A stretch of 64,000 bases of DNA from Cladosporium halotolerans (Eukaryota), in NCBI RefSeq assembly GCF_011745625.1, contig NW_027191457.1:248001-312000 (forward strand), read 5' to 3'. Both the position numbers and the translations under genes were made by a program. How positions within the stretch are numbered: position 1 is the stretch's first letter; the number at the start of each line of letters is the position of its first letter. Under the pieces are notes generated by a model. That model made no database searches. It was given only the letters and a program-made list of their open reading frames with translations, and was not told the DNA's origin. Positions 24,537 through 35,398 of this stretch are shown here, piece after piece.

Positions 24537-27500
24537 ATGGTTTATCGTCAAGACGCGCCGAGCGACCATGACGGTCACGTCGGGCACAGCAACGATAGCC
24601 TCCTCGCATCAGCCGACGAGATGGCTGGCAATTACTCGCCGCACACACCAAACAACGCCTCAATGCCGACGCACTTGCGCGAGATTTCCGCAGCACTGGA
24701 TGATGTGTTGGTTCCTGGGTCCGCGGAAGAAGGCGAAAAGCTGATGGAGGACTATCCGATGCCGGACCAGCCAGAAATTTGGCAACAAGCCGTGCATCCG
24801 GACTCCTTTCAGAAGTTTGTCAATGAAGTAGACGACGTCATTCTGGAGACTTTCACAGGAGCTGCAAAGGTCCTCTCCCACGTCAACCCTGACTATTTCA
24901 TGATGCCTCTCAAGGTGAGACGATGCGAAAAGGCCATATTCCAATGACATCGCTGACACAATGAAGGCTAGAATTGTTTGCATGAAGGTAGACAAGGCCC
25001 TGGACATGAAGTATGCCATCGCGCGTGGTTACGTGACCAACCTGCCCTCTTGCAATGAACGTCTCAACGCCATCTGGAAGTCTCGCGCTGGCGAAAGGGT
25101 CTTCATGATGTTCTCCATCAGCGGCAGCAAAGAGTTCTGCGCTATGGCGGAGATGACGGGTGGTCTGCAGTCTGGAGATCTCTCTGGATGGAGTAAGCCT
25201 GGCTGCATCGGGTAAGTCATTGGATGACTCATTGCAGATCGCCCACGTACTTACAAAAACACAGGGTCATCCCAGTCACCTTCGTTTTCATCAAGGATGT
25301 GCCATTCAAGCTCATCAATCATATCAAACATAAGACAAACGGCCAACCCGTCGCTAATATGTGGAACTCAATGCTTTACCACGACAATACTGGCTATCAC
25401 GTCGCCAGAATCTACGCTCGGCACCCTGTCCTAAGCACCCTGTTGGCAACGTCGCCTCAGCATATGCAGATCTCTTACAAAGCACAGCTTCGTATCCCAG
25501 GCAGCGACAAGTCAAACTACAGCGCTAGCAGCTACAGCTCCCACAACGATAAATCCTACGATCCTCGTTCGGCCACACAGGTCTCTATCCGCCGCAGCGA
25601 CGACCGCGGTCAGTGGAGTGGGACTGATCGTCGCGCGATTCAAGATCAACCATGGCGCCGTAACAACACCCAGACTGCTTCTCGTCTTTCACCTCATCTC
25701 TCGGCGAGTGGCGGAAATGTATCTCCTACTCCCGCCCAGAAGCGCGCCCAAGGATTTTTGGAGCCCACGTCAAGCCCCTTCAACGCTCTGCCACCATTCA
25801 AGCCTATGAATAATAACTATCCAGCAAAGTCAATCACCACCCGCCCAACAGGCTCTTTCATCACTGCTGATGAGCGTATGCTCGCCAATTTCCCTGGCTT
25901 CCAAGGCGCACGCAAGTCAAATGGCGATCCGTCGACGCAGAACCGCGCCGCCGGCCACAAAACGGCTCGTAGCCCCGCTGTGGGTGGTGGCGTTGGCCAT
26001 ATTGCAGCTCGCGACGGGCACGGTACTCGCACCGACAACCCGGAGGCTCCACTGAACTACAAGACCGATGCCCGCCATGCAAACGACAGAGCTCCAAGTG
26101 CTAAACAGAGCAGTGCATTTGGTGTCCAGTGGCAAGCAGACGGACGTGGTGCGAGAGTGCCTATCTTCATCGACACGCAGCTCTCAGGTCTGGGCCTAAG
26201 CTTCAACAGCAGTCCTTCAAACAGTGACCGCAGTGATCAAAGACCTGCTGCGAAACAGATGGCAGGAGAACGCATTCATTATCCGTCTCCGGCGACGTCT
26301 TTCGAGAGTGAGGCCCGCTCTCAGGCTCAGGGATTGCCAAAGCCACATGGGCAGGGCTTTACCACACCCTCTCCGCCGACCTATCACAACAGGGGGCCTT
26401 ATCAGCACCAATTCGCCAGGCCAGGCCCTCAGTCTTCGCAATCTGCAAACTTCAGCGGCTTTCTGAAAGGCTCGCGTGACAGTCATAAGCGTCAGAACAG
26501 GCGTGGAAACCCGATCAAGCAAAGCCAGTCGATGCCGCTCATGATCCCTTCAAAGATGGCCTATCCGTCATCTCCGGCACTTCGCATTCAGACATCTGGA
26601 ATCACTCCGAGCCCGGCAAGGAGCTCGCTTTCTTCTTCAGGCATTGATGGCTGGGCCGCGCCGACACCGACACACCCTTCATTCGCGCCGAACCCTGCGA
26701 ATGATCACATTCCATTGTCCTCTATACTGAACAATCCATACAGCCCCGACAAGATCAACAGGTTTCTGGACTTGGAAGAGCAGTATGCTTATCACCAATC
26801 GAACATGTATCTCCTGGATTACAAGATCTACCAGCAAGAGATCGCAAGGGGGATGAAAAAAGACGAATACTATGAAACGAAGCTAAACCGAAAGTTTCAT
26901 TGTTCAATCAGCTGCTTGATCGAGATGCAAAAGAAGATGTCCCAGAAGGAGCATGATGAAGTTCGCCGCGAACTCGCTGAAAAGGCGTTCGCTCACTCAA
27001 GCGACACAAGCAGCCGCGCGGAATCTGTCAGTTCCGACGACCCCTTCGCATGGCCTGGTCAAGTCTCTGGCTCTGCATTCGAAAAAACAATCGCCCCGCC
27101 AAAGTACGATGAGCATGGCGACATCTCCCGCTCGGCCTCCATTAATCACGCTGGAAAGCCAAGCAATATGACCCAGGTCCTGCGTCACCGCCGCGGCGGC
27201 GTCTACGATACCAAAAAGTCCAGCTTCACCGGCTCTTTCGATGCCCGCATCGCTGCCAGCGTCGACAAGCTGCTCGAAAGCCCCACTCGCGAGGACAAGC
27301 AGCCCTCCGACCTGCTTCTACGTCGCTGGAACCGCCCCAATCAAAGCCCGTCAAACGACTTAACGGAAAACGCGCCGATTGCCCCGCCGGCGTACAATGG
27401 CTCATCTACTGTCCAGGGTTCTGACAGCGACTCGTTCAGTTTCAAGCACATGTCTCCGGTCAGCGTCACCGAAGAGGAAGACGATGTCTTCGCACCGCGT

Positions 27501-27599
27501 GGCCGCGGCTACTGGAACCCCAACCCGATCCGTGGCGTCTCTCAGGCTAGCTTCCACGGCGGCATCGGTCTCAAGAATGAGTATTGGGAGTACAAGTAA
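24537..27599 (+). CDS. YTH-domain protein (degenerate aromatic cage) with a long low-complexity C-terminus
   Basis: Introns 24915-24966 and 25212-25264 join three ORFs in frame. The spliced segment ARIVCMK...NERLNAIW...VFMMFSISGSKEFCAMAEM...GW...FVFIKDVPF...HIK...QPVAN matches the YTH pattern (FSVNGSGHFCGVAEM; WIFVKDVP; KPVTN). Confidence 0.8.
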
Positions 27600-28647
27600 A
27601 GTACTCTGATCCCCCAACAACTAACAACGAACGAGTCTGGCTTTTGTCGCATGGATCGTCCGTTGTCTCGGCATAACCTCTTCACTACCATCGGAAGCAA
27701 CGTAAGGCTTGCCAGACTTTACCGCAACACCGCCTTTCAACAAAGCGGCCAGCGTACTCCACTCTCTTCTGTCCGCATCAACTGCAGGCAACACACACTA
27801 GACATTTTTCCTTTTGTTAGCGTTCTCATCCGTTCTCATCAACAACAGGCTTGCAACAACGACGCTGTAACAGCAGTACAGCATAATACTCACAACCGTC
27901 CTTTCGACCAGAAAACTTCGAAAACCCCCCAAAAAACAAACGAAAGCAAATTGGTACATCAGGATCAAATCAAAGCAAAGAACCAGCAACCAAGTATACA
28001 TATTTACCAGCATCACTTTCTCATTCTCCATCCCCGGCATGCAGCACACTTCCTCATCCGTCGGATTCTCGACTCCGACTAACGAAGGAGCGAAGTGGCA
28101 CAGCAATTCTAATCCGGACAAATGTGACTTTTGATTTTTTTTTTTTGGTATTCTCTGTTCTGTCGCGCGACTCGAAGGACCTTCGCCCCGCGGACGACAT
28201 GTGTTCTGATTTTTGGTGTTGCCGCGGGGCACAGTGTTTCTGTTTGTTAGGTAGCGTAGCGACGAGAAATTAAAAAAACACTATTGAAGTCCGAGAAATC
28301 GATCGTTCGCTGTCTTCAATCCCGGCTGTGACATTTTCGTTATTGTCGGCGAGGAATTGCGCACGTAGGGCAGGCATGCTTATCGGAAAGATTACAAGGC
28401 AGTAAGGCATTCGGCTAGATATGTGGTATGTGTATCTTTGAACATCGCGCGCGCGGTTGCTTGAGAATCGGACAATTGACCAAATGCAAGAAAAGAAGAA
28501 AAAGCAACGCCGCGCTGGTAACAGTCGCTCGCAAGAAAGAAGTCGCGCCGTGAAGCACGAAAATGTATCTAGAAGCCGACAAAGTGAGATCCCAAGCCCT
28601 CGTCCTCTCAGATCTGTCGGCCTGCATTTTCTACCGCGGTTGGTCCT

Positions 28648-30366
28648 TCATGAGTTCTTAGGCCGACTGAGGACCCGCACCGTCTCATCGATCAACTCCG
28701 GGAACGTCGCCGCGAACTCCGGCCCGAGGCTCCAGCTTTCGAGCCGGCGGACGTGCTCTTCGAACGCCGGGCTGATGTCAACGGACGGCGGGTCCTCGGG
28801 ACTCGCGGCGGGCGTGACGACCGTGCAAGTGGAAGGTGGGTAGGGCCAGTTGACGTTGACGGTGTAGGTGAAGGTGACGAAAAAGTCGTCGAACTTGACG
28901 CGTGTGCCGGGCGTGCGGGCCATGATCAGCTTGCGGCGCATCGATGGGTGCGGCAGGTAGCTGATCCAGACGGCGTGGTTGTGCTCCTGCGCCTCGGGCG
29001 TGGGCCGCGCCCAGGGCGGGCAGCGGTCCAGGCACGGCTGACAGGGGCAGATGAACCAGCGCGCGAGGTAGTACATGCCGTAGAAGACGCCGATGCGCTC
29101 GGGGAGGCGATCGATGTCAGGAAATTTGGAGAGGATGTCGACGAGCAGTGGGGAGAGGAAGTCTGCTGAAGAGCGTTTGTTGAATTCAGGATGGGTGAGG
29201 AGGTACAGTGAGGGTTTCTCTGGGGCGATGCCTTGGTAGACGGGTGTTCCTGCTGCGACCTGCGCGTGGCGAGATTTGACGAAGTCCCCCAAAAGGTTGT
29301 CGAGTGGACAGGTCATGATTTGGTGGTTGATGATTTGCGCGGCTGCATCGCTTGCCACGTACGGGCTCTTGGGGTTCGTCAATGGCGAGCTGTGTTGCTG
29401 CTCGAGAAGAAAATTGAGTCCGAGACGCTCGCCACTACTCTCGCCTTGTTGCTGCATCTGCGCCGGGGGAGCAGATCGCTGTGGCTCGTAGGGACCGCTA
29501 TGCGGTGGATAGTGTTGGTGTGTCTGAGGCTCTGAAACTGGGGACCACTTCCGTACCATGCTCGCCTCTTGACCGTGATACACAGGCGGGTTACCGGCCG
29601 GTGATCCTGTTGTGCTGGAATTGTGGGGCGAGCGCAGGTCTGGATGCAGGTGCTGTTGGGGCGTCGGAGCATGTTCGTGATGCTGATGTTGCTGCTGAGC
29701 CGGCGGGGGTTGGTAGTGAGAGTAATGGGACGGCGTGGAGTGACCTGCGGTGGGTGGCAGCGGGCTCTGCTGGGCGGTCAAGGCGGCAAGTTCTGTAGCA
29801 TGAGAGGTCAGCACAGCCCTCGAGCGTGATGTCTCCGAGCCATCCATACCATTGAGTCCCGTCTGGCCCAGCTCGCGATTGCCGACGATGCCCGCGACGG
29901 CAGCCAGCCGCTTCCGCAGCTCTTCGCATTCCTGCAGCGCGCGGTCTCTGTCTGCCAGCGCCCGTTGGAGCTCCTGGTAGGGCTGCTGGTTTTCTAACTC
30001 TCGAATCCGGGCCTCGAGGCCTTCAATGGTGTTTTTCGTGCGCTCGCGGATCGCTCGTTGAGCTTCGCGGTCGTTGGCGCGCTTCTTAGCCAGCTGCTCG
30101 GGCGTCAGGTTGGCCACGCCGCGCGAGCCCGGCTGACCAGCCTTGCGTTTGCGTCCATTGGGAGCGGCGGAGTTGTTCGGAGTCGGGATGTGGTGTTGCG
30201 ATGGCTGATGCTGGAGCGGCGGCGGCGCGTGCGGTGGCGGGCCGGCGGACGAGAGGGCAGCCTGCGCGGTCTGCTGATAGTCGTGGTGTTGAGCAGGCGG
30301 CGGATGGTGGTTTGGCGGCGGCAGAGGGTAGGGCGAGGGCGAGGGGTGGGGAGGATGCGGGTTCAT
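28648..30366 (-). CDS. bZIP transcription factor with fungal C-terminal domain (DUF3425-like)
   Basis: SRGVANLTPEQLAKKRANDREAQRAIRERTKNTIEGLEARIREL basic region plus zipper; C-terminal VNWPY...FEEHVRRLESWSLG. Probable in-frame 57-nt intron at 29793-29849 (GTATGG...CTGAC...CAG). Confidence 0.88.
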   Translation of the reverse strand: MNPHPPHPSPSPYPLPPPNHHPPPAQHHDYQQTAQAALSSAGPPPHAPPPLQHQPSQHHIPTPNNSAAPNGRKRKAGQPGSRGVANLTPEQLAKKRANDREAQRAIRERTKNTIEGLEARIRELENQQPYQELQRALADRDRALQECEELRKRLAAVAGIVGNRELGQTGLNGMDGSETSRSRAVLTSHATELAALTAQQSPLPPTAGHSTPSHYSHYQPPPAQQQHQHHEHAPTPQQHLHPDLRSPHNSSTTGSPAGNPPVYHGQEASMVRKWSPVSEPQTHQHYPPHSGPYEPQRSAPPAQMQQQGESSGERLGLNFLLEQQHSSPLTNPKSPYVASDAAAQIINHQIMTCPLDNLLGDFVKSRHAQVAAGTPVYQGIAPEKPSLYLLTHPEFNKRSSADFLSPLLVDILSKFPDIDRLPERIGVFYGMYYLARWFICPCQPCLDRCPPWARPTPEAQEHNHAVWISYLPHPSMRRKLIMARTPGTRVKFDDFFVTFTYTVNVNWPYPPSTCTVVTPAASPEDPPSVDISPAFEEHVRRLESWSLGPEFAATFPELIDETVRVLSRPKNS

Positions 30367-30771
30367 GGCTGGCTGCTGCGAGTGAGACGCTGGGCATGGG
30401 CGTGCAAGATTCATGCGAATAATGAACTGGCAGCTGCTGCGATTCATGGCCACCCTTAGCTTCAGGCCTGCCGCAGCGCCGAACTTTCACCCCGCTTAGT
30501 GCTCCTTCGCGGCAAGCAACAAACCCTAAGCACACGGCCGGCCTCACGCGGCAACGGACGACGGGAGAAACTCCGTCAGATGGTCACTGTGTCGAGCTGC
30601 CGAAATCGCGATCTCAATCGCAAAGGGGGCGAACATCTGTATCAGACTGTGGTTAACATGGAGACGGGACGGCTCATCTTTGCCGCCTTCACAAGCCGGA
30701 CTTCCAGACATAATTCATTGCACGTTTTTAGTAGTATGTACATAGTCTACAGACAGAGCGGCTGTTCTCTG

Positions 30772-32142
30772 TCAGCCATTCGAGACGTGATAATGCAGCA
30801 CACTCCCAGCGTCACTGGACAATGTCCTCAAGCTTGGCGCATCGCCTCTGGCCTGGAAGCCTGTGATAGATCGAGCTTCTAGCGCGTCACCCGCGTCTGC
30901 CGCTGGCCTCCTCACAACGGAGCTCAGACTCTGTTCGCTCTCCAGGCCGCTCTGGTGCATGTACGGCGTCACTGCGCGGGAGAAAGCCGTGCGAGCTGTG
31001 ACTGGGCTAGGGATGCTGGATCCGGAGCTGGCGGTTTGCGGGCGGTCGGGCGTGGCAAAGTGCAGCACACTCCCTGCAGTCTCTGAAAGGGCGATGCTTA
31101 TGGTGTCCGCGCTTATCGTCGAAGAGCCATCGCTGCCAGCCTGTGCTCGTATCTCCGCCACAATGTCCGCCGAAAGCGAACCGATCCCTTCGAGTAGCTG
31201 CGCAAAAGTGGCCATGAGCTCGTTGAAGTCCTGCTCGGAGCACGGCTGACCAGAGAAGCGCGCTTTCTCATACATTGCTAGAAAGTCGTGGGCGACGGAA
31301 GGGGGATTGACGAGGCCAAGATAGGAAAGCTGTGTGAGGTATTCCCGCAGACCCATCGTCTTCTGGCGGCGCAGAGTTTCCACCACCACGGGGTCTGCGA
31401 GCTGCTGCTCTGCTTCATTGAACAGCCCGGCCTCTGCGTTCGGGTCGGGCGGTGCGACACTGACAGCTCTCGCTTCGATCAGATGCGGCAGCTCAGCAAT
31501 GACCGTCGCAAACTGCAGATTTCCCAGCACCTCACCCCTCGCCTGCGCCGGGGCGGTCCAGCCAGCGTGCTGTATATCTCCCCAGGGCGGTTTAGCCGGG
31601 TCTATCACGATAGTCGAGCCGACTGTCCAACGCTCGCGGTTGAAGCCGCCAGCGCCTTGGTCCTCATCTGTCAGCCACCCTTCCTTCTCCGCCCGCACAA
31701 TCTCTCCCATAGTGTCTCTCGGCCTCGATTCCCACGCGATTACTGCGCTGCGCTCCAGCTGCGACGCGATCATCTTGCGCACATTCCTTCCCACCTCTCC
31801 ATCTTCGACGGGTATGTAAGCTTTTCCCACGCCAGCGAGGACCGAGCGGTTCGTGTACAAGCGCGAGGAGTAGATGAAGATGGCTATGATGGCCGTGAGG
31901 ACGTAGGTGCCACCGATGACGAAGACATATTGGTAGGCTTCGCTGCTGATTGCCGTCCAGAGGAGAGTGCCTGGTGTGATCGCGAGGATTACCAGGGTGA
32001 GCAAGAAAAGGGTGGTGTAAGTGGTGCTGTAGAAGATGCGGAAGAAGGGAATACGAAACGGGAGCACGTGGCCAGGGCGACGGCGGCGAAGCTGCGACAG
32101 CCGGTGTAGAAGAGTCGTCAAGGAGAAGTAGGCGGGTGGCAT
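30772..32142 (-). CDS. dlt1: Defect at low temperature protein 1 (Dlt1)-like membrane protein
   Basis: Two N-terminal TM helices followed by YSSRLYTNRSVLAGVGKAYIP and a later IQHAGW motif; recognised from memory of the family. Confidence 0.7.
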   Translation of the reverse strand: MPPAYFSLTTLLHRLSQLRRRRPGHVLPFRIPFFRIFYSTTYTTLFLLTLVILAITPGTLLWTAISSEAYQYVFVIGGTYVLTAIIAIFIYSSRLYTNRSVLAGVGKAYIPVEDGEVGRNVRKMIASQLERSAVIAWESRPRDTMGEIVRAEKEGWLTDEDQGAGGFNRERWTVGSTIVIDPAKPPWGDIQHAGWTAPAQARGEVLGNLQFATVIAELPHLIEARAVSVAPPDPNAEAGLFNEAEQQLADPVVVETLRRQKTMGLREYLTQLSYLGLVNPPSVAHDFLAMYEKARFSGQPCSEQDFNELMATFAQLLEGIGSLSADIVAEIRAQAGSDGSSTISADTISIALSETAGSVLHFATPDRPQTASSGSSIPSPVTARTAFSRAVTPYMHQSGLESEQSLSSVVRRPAADAGDALEARSITGFQARGDAPSLRTLSSDAGSVLHYHVSNG

Positions 32143-33350
32143 CTTCACGGGGCGGCGCCGATCAAGTGGGTGCGCTTGCGAGAGGGTTGTTCCAGTTGGG
32201 GATGCGCATAACGGATGGAATGACTAGATAGTCGCGCATGCTGTTGTACGTCTGCCCGTCTGACAATGCCCGTATACTGAGCTCTGCATGGGTAGTGGTT
32301 GTCGGCTGTTCATTGCGAGGTTCAAGACCGAGCTCGTTCGCCGCAGCTGCAAACAATCTACGCGACCCGAGCGCCGATGACGATCGCTGCCGAGGCGCCA
32401 CCGCGACAGCCAGTTAAGATTTGATGACGACCCAATCAATTTTACTGCCACTACCCCAGCGCGCCGTTTGGCGGGGCCGTCTCAAGCATTTTGAGCATCC
32501 CGGTGTCCTTCCACTGATGAAACCAAACACGACGGGTTGAGGATATCGCAGCAGTGCTTCGGACAAGTCGAGACAGCTTCTATCAACTGCAGGTTCCAAA
32601 CCAATGCCCAGTAATCATTTTGGAGTGTGGCGTCACAGTGCCATTCTTTCGTATCTGGATCCCATACCTGCCGAGTTACATTGAAAGTAAACGATTTAGT
32701 TTCTCGTGTTCACAGTGCCGATCACCGCATGGGAATACGACATGTCTATTTTCTGCATCATGGCTACTGCAACGGTGGGCGCACTACACGAAGCGGGAGA
32801 TCGAGGGTCGAGGCAAAGTTTCCAGGTCTCACCTCGGCTTGGCGAAGCACGACATCCCATCTCACCTCGTCCGTGGGCAACACCGATGCCCTTGTTCGCA
32901 CGCCATACATCTACTCTGCGGGTGGTGTAGATAGTGGCGTCCAAACCCGTATTGCTCCGCCGGAACCATGCTGCCGGCGTCTCTGGAACCTCTGGACATC
33001 CGCGCATCCCGCATGTAACCAGCGTTTAGAGCCTGTACTACGAAACGCTGCCCAGCGATAGGTTGGCGCCTGGAAGCACCCAACTGACTGCTGCGGCCAC
33101 AATGGATATGTCCGGTACGTTGCTCCCCTGTCGACCATCTCCTCAATTGTCATGTTTGAGCATGGCTGTGGCCTCTTTGAACCCTTTTCTAACCACCGAC
33201 ACAGGCTTCTGGGGCGACTTGGCCCTCAAGGTCTTAGTCAACGTCAGCCCTTCTGTGCAATGGGCAAACAAGGTTGCAGAGCCTTGGCTTGGTCTCCCAT
33301 ATGGCGTCTATCTTCACAGTGGGCGGCCAAGGAGGCAGCGTACTCTTACC

Positions 33351-34229
33351 ATGGCTTCCGCGCCTTCCGTTGACGACTCTATCTGGCAACGCTTTCAAGC
33401 CCTCGCTGCTCTCGGCACTGAGCCACGCTGCGAGCAACAGCCCGACTGTGGATTTCTCTCAAAGCTCCCTCTAGATGTCCGCATGATTATATACGACCTT
33501 GTACTCGGTGGCTCTACCCTTCATGTCTCAGCCGGAGACAATCACTCTCGAATCTATCATTTCATTTGTCTAGTACCCGACCGGATTACACAGTCTCAGA
33601 TTCACGGCCAATGCCACCAACTGAGTATACACCGACCTTCGTCCGCACCTAGAGAAAACTTCCCACACCCAACTGGCTTCCTTCCCTTGCTCGTCACTTG
33701 CAGACAAATCTACTCGGAGGCGATCAACACACTTTACAGCTCCAACAGATTCGAGTTCACCCAGATACATACCGCTTTCCGCTTCCTCACTCGCATGATA
33801 CCACAGCCACGACTACCAGCAATCCGTCACTTGGTTCTGAAAATGGCCGTACCCCGCCATCCGCATCTGAACAGCCGCACAAAACGCGACTGGGATGATC
33901 TATTCAAGCTATTCTCCAACGAGATGTCCGGCTTGCAATCTCTGTACTTGACACTGGGCATGCTGGAGCAAGTCAAGCAGACAATTCGCGACACTCCGGA
34001 CTCCGAAGGCGCTCTGTGGATCAAGCCGATGATGGAGATGGCAACCGACGGCTTTGCAAGACGAGGCTGCAAGACACAGCTTGTCATCGACGGCTTCTCT
34101 CACGACCTGGTACAGATTTATCAGGCAACGAAAGTAGGCCGAGAGGATGTCTTCCCAGAGATGCGTCTCGAGGGTGCGTGCACGACACTCCATCAACGAA
34201 TCAGAGTGTCTTTGGGCGGACAGGGATGA
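33351..34229 (+). CDS. Conserved fungal hypothetical protein (F-box-like start, DUF7730-type)
   Basis: QPDCGFLSKLPLDVRMIIYDLVLGG and LLVTCRQIYSEAINTLYSSNRFEF motifs. Confidence 0.7.
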   Translation: MASAPSVDDSIWQRFQALAALGTEPRCEQQPDCGFLSKLPLDVRMIIYDLVLGGSTLHVSAGDNHSRIYHFICLVPDRITQSQIHGQCHQLSIHRPSSAPRENFPHPTGFLPLLVTCRQIYSEAINTLYSSNRFEFTQIHTAFRFLTRMIPQPRLPAIRHLVLKMAVPRHPHLNSRTKRDWDDLFKLFSNEMSGLQSLYLTLGMLEQVKQTIRDTPDSEGALWIKPMMEMATDGFARRGCKTQLVIDGFSHDLVQIYQATKVGREDVFPEMRLEGACTTLHQRIRVSLGGQG

Positions 34230-34492
34230 AGCGGAGGACAGCAGATTCCCCAGATATGAGTTACGATGTTCCGACTTCGCGAAGGATACACACCCTTCTT
34301 TATCATGCCTTTTTCGAACTATCCTGGAGACTATACTTCTTCATCTTGGACACACGACAGCCGAAGCTGTCGCACACATCTTCGTATCCATCCTTGATCC
34401 GCCCTGATCCTTGGATCACACTGCTCTAGGCTGGAGGAACCCAGTTTCAAACATACACGGGACGAAACTTCACTTAACAATCTTCATCGACC

Positions 34493-34590
34493 GGTCAGAT
34501 GGCCGAGTGGTTATGGCGCTAGCTTCAGGTGGTCTTGAAAGCTACTTGCTAGTGGAGCAATCCTCGTGGGTTCGAGTCCCACTCTGATCA
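34493..34590 (+). tRNA. tRNA-Leu(CAG) with canonical 17-nt intron (34530-34546)
   Basis: Acceptor GGTCAGA/TCTGATC, A box TGGCCGAGTGG, anticodon stem CTAGC/GCTAG with CAG at 34526-34528, long variable arm, B box GGTTCGAGTCC, then a T-run. Confidence 0.93.
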
Positions 34591-34934
34591 TTATCCTTTT
34601 GATCTTCACGAGAGGAGACCGGGGAAGTCTCCGTACGCCTCAGAGTTTGAAGACCAAAACTGCAAGTCCTAATCTTTTGGATCTCGACAACATCAGATGT
34701 ACGCAGCAACAGCAAAGACAAAACAACAGTATTCGAAGCAGCCGATGGTAGCCGATTCTAATCTATCTATCCACTTCTTTTTCTTCACGCCTTCGTATCC
34801 ACCGACCCAGATCCACCCATCCCGGCTCAATCGCGGTATAGCCCTACGACATGCCCACAAACCCTCGTCCCGTCCCCCCAGATCTCAGATGGCAGAGTAC
34901 ATGGGTCATGCAACCGTCTCTCGCCTCATGCACA

Positions 34935-35043
34935 GCATTGGTGGTTTAGTGGTAAAATTGGCCGTTGCCATTGGGCGCTCTCGATCCTCCCTCAAGACTC
35001 CGATAGATTCGGCCAGCCCCGGGTTCGATTCCCGGCCGATGCA
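34935..35043 (+). tRNA. tRNA-Gly(GCC) with canonical 38-nt intron (34971-35008)
   Basis: Acceptor GCATTGG/CCGATGC, anticodon stem GGCCG/CGGCC with GCC at 34967-34969, B box GGTTCGATTCC, downstream T-runs. Confidence 0.93.
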
Positions 35044-35272
35044 AGGCACGCTCGTAGGAGCTTTCTCTTTTTGTTTTTGCACAGCCTTACGACCCGGGTG
35101 CGTTGGTGGAGTGTTAAGCGATGTTTCCAGGCGTTGCGCCAAGCCTTTGCCCACCGGCGGCTTTCACCCACCAGTCCAGCGGGACTGTCGCTGAGGCATC
35201 CTTTTGCATGAACATGTCGCTCTACTGCACATAAACGGCTTTACCTGCTCTCTTGATTACGTCATCAAACTA

Positions 35273-35398
35273 AGCTGAGTGGCGCAGCGGAAGCGTAAGT
35301 TGATTCTTCAATCATTCATTCATCAATTCACATGCTAACATCAAATAGGCGCCGGGCTCATAACCCGGAGGGCAATGGATCGAAACCATTCTCAGCTA
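35273..35398 (+). tRNA. Initiator tRNA-Met(CAT) interrupted in the D-stem by a 54-nt spliceosomal-type intron (35295-35348)
   Basis: Exons 35273-35294 and 35349-35398 give a 72-nt perfect cloverleaf with A1:U72, GGG/CCC anticodon-stem pairs, CAT anticodon and T-loop ATCGAAA (A54, A60). T6 terminator at 35404-35409. Confidence 0.92.
35295..35348 (+). other. Spliceosomal (U2-type) intron-like insertion within tRNA-iMet
   Basis: 5' GTAAGT, branch site GCTAAC (35334-35339), 3' TAG; 54 nt, the same size class as mRNA introns in this window. Confidence 0.85.
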
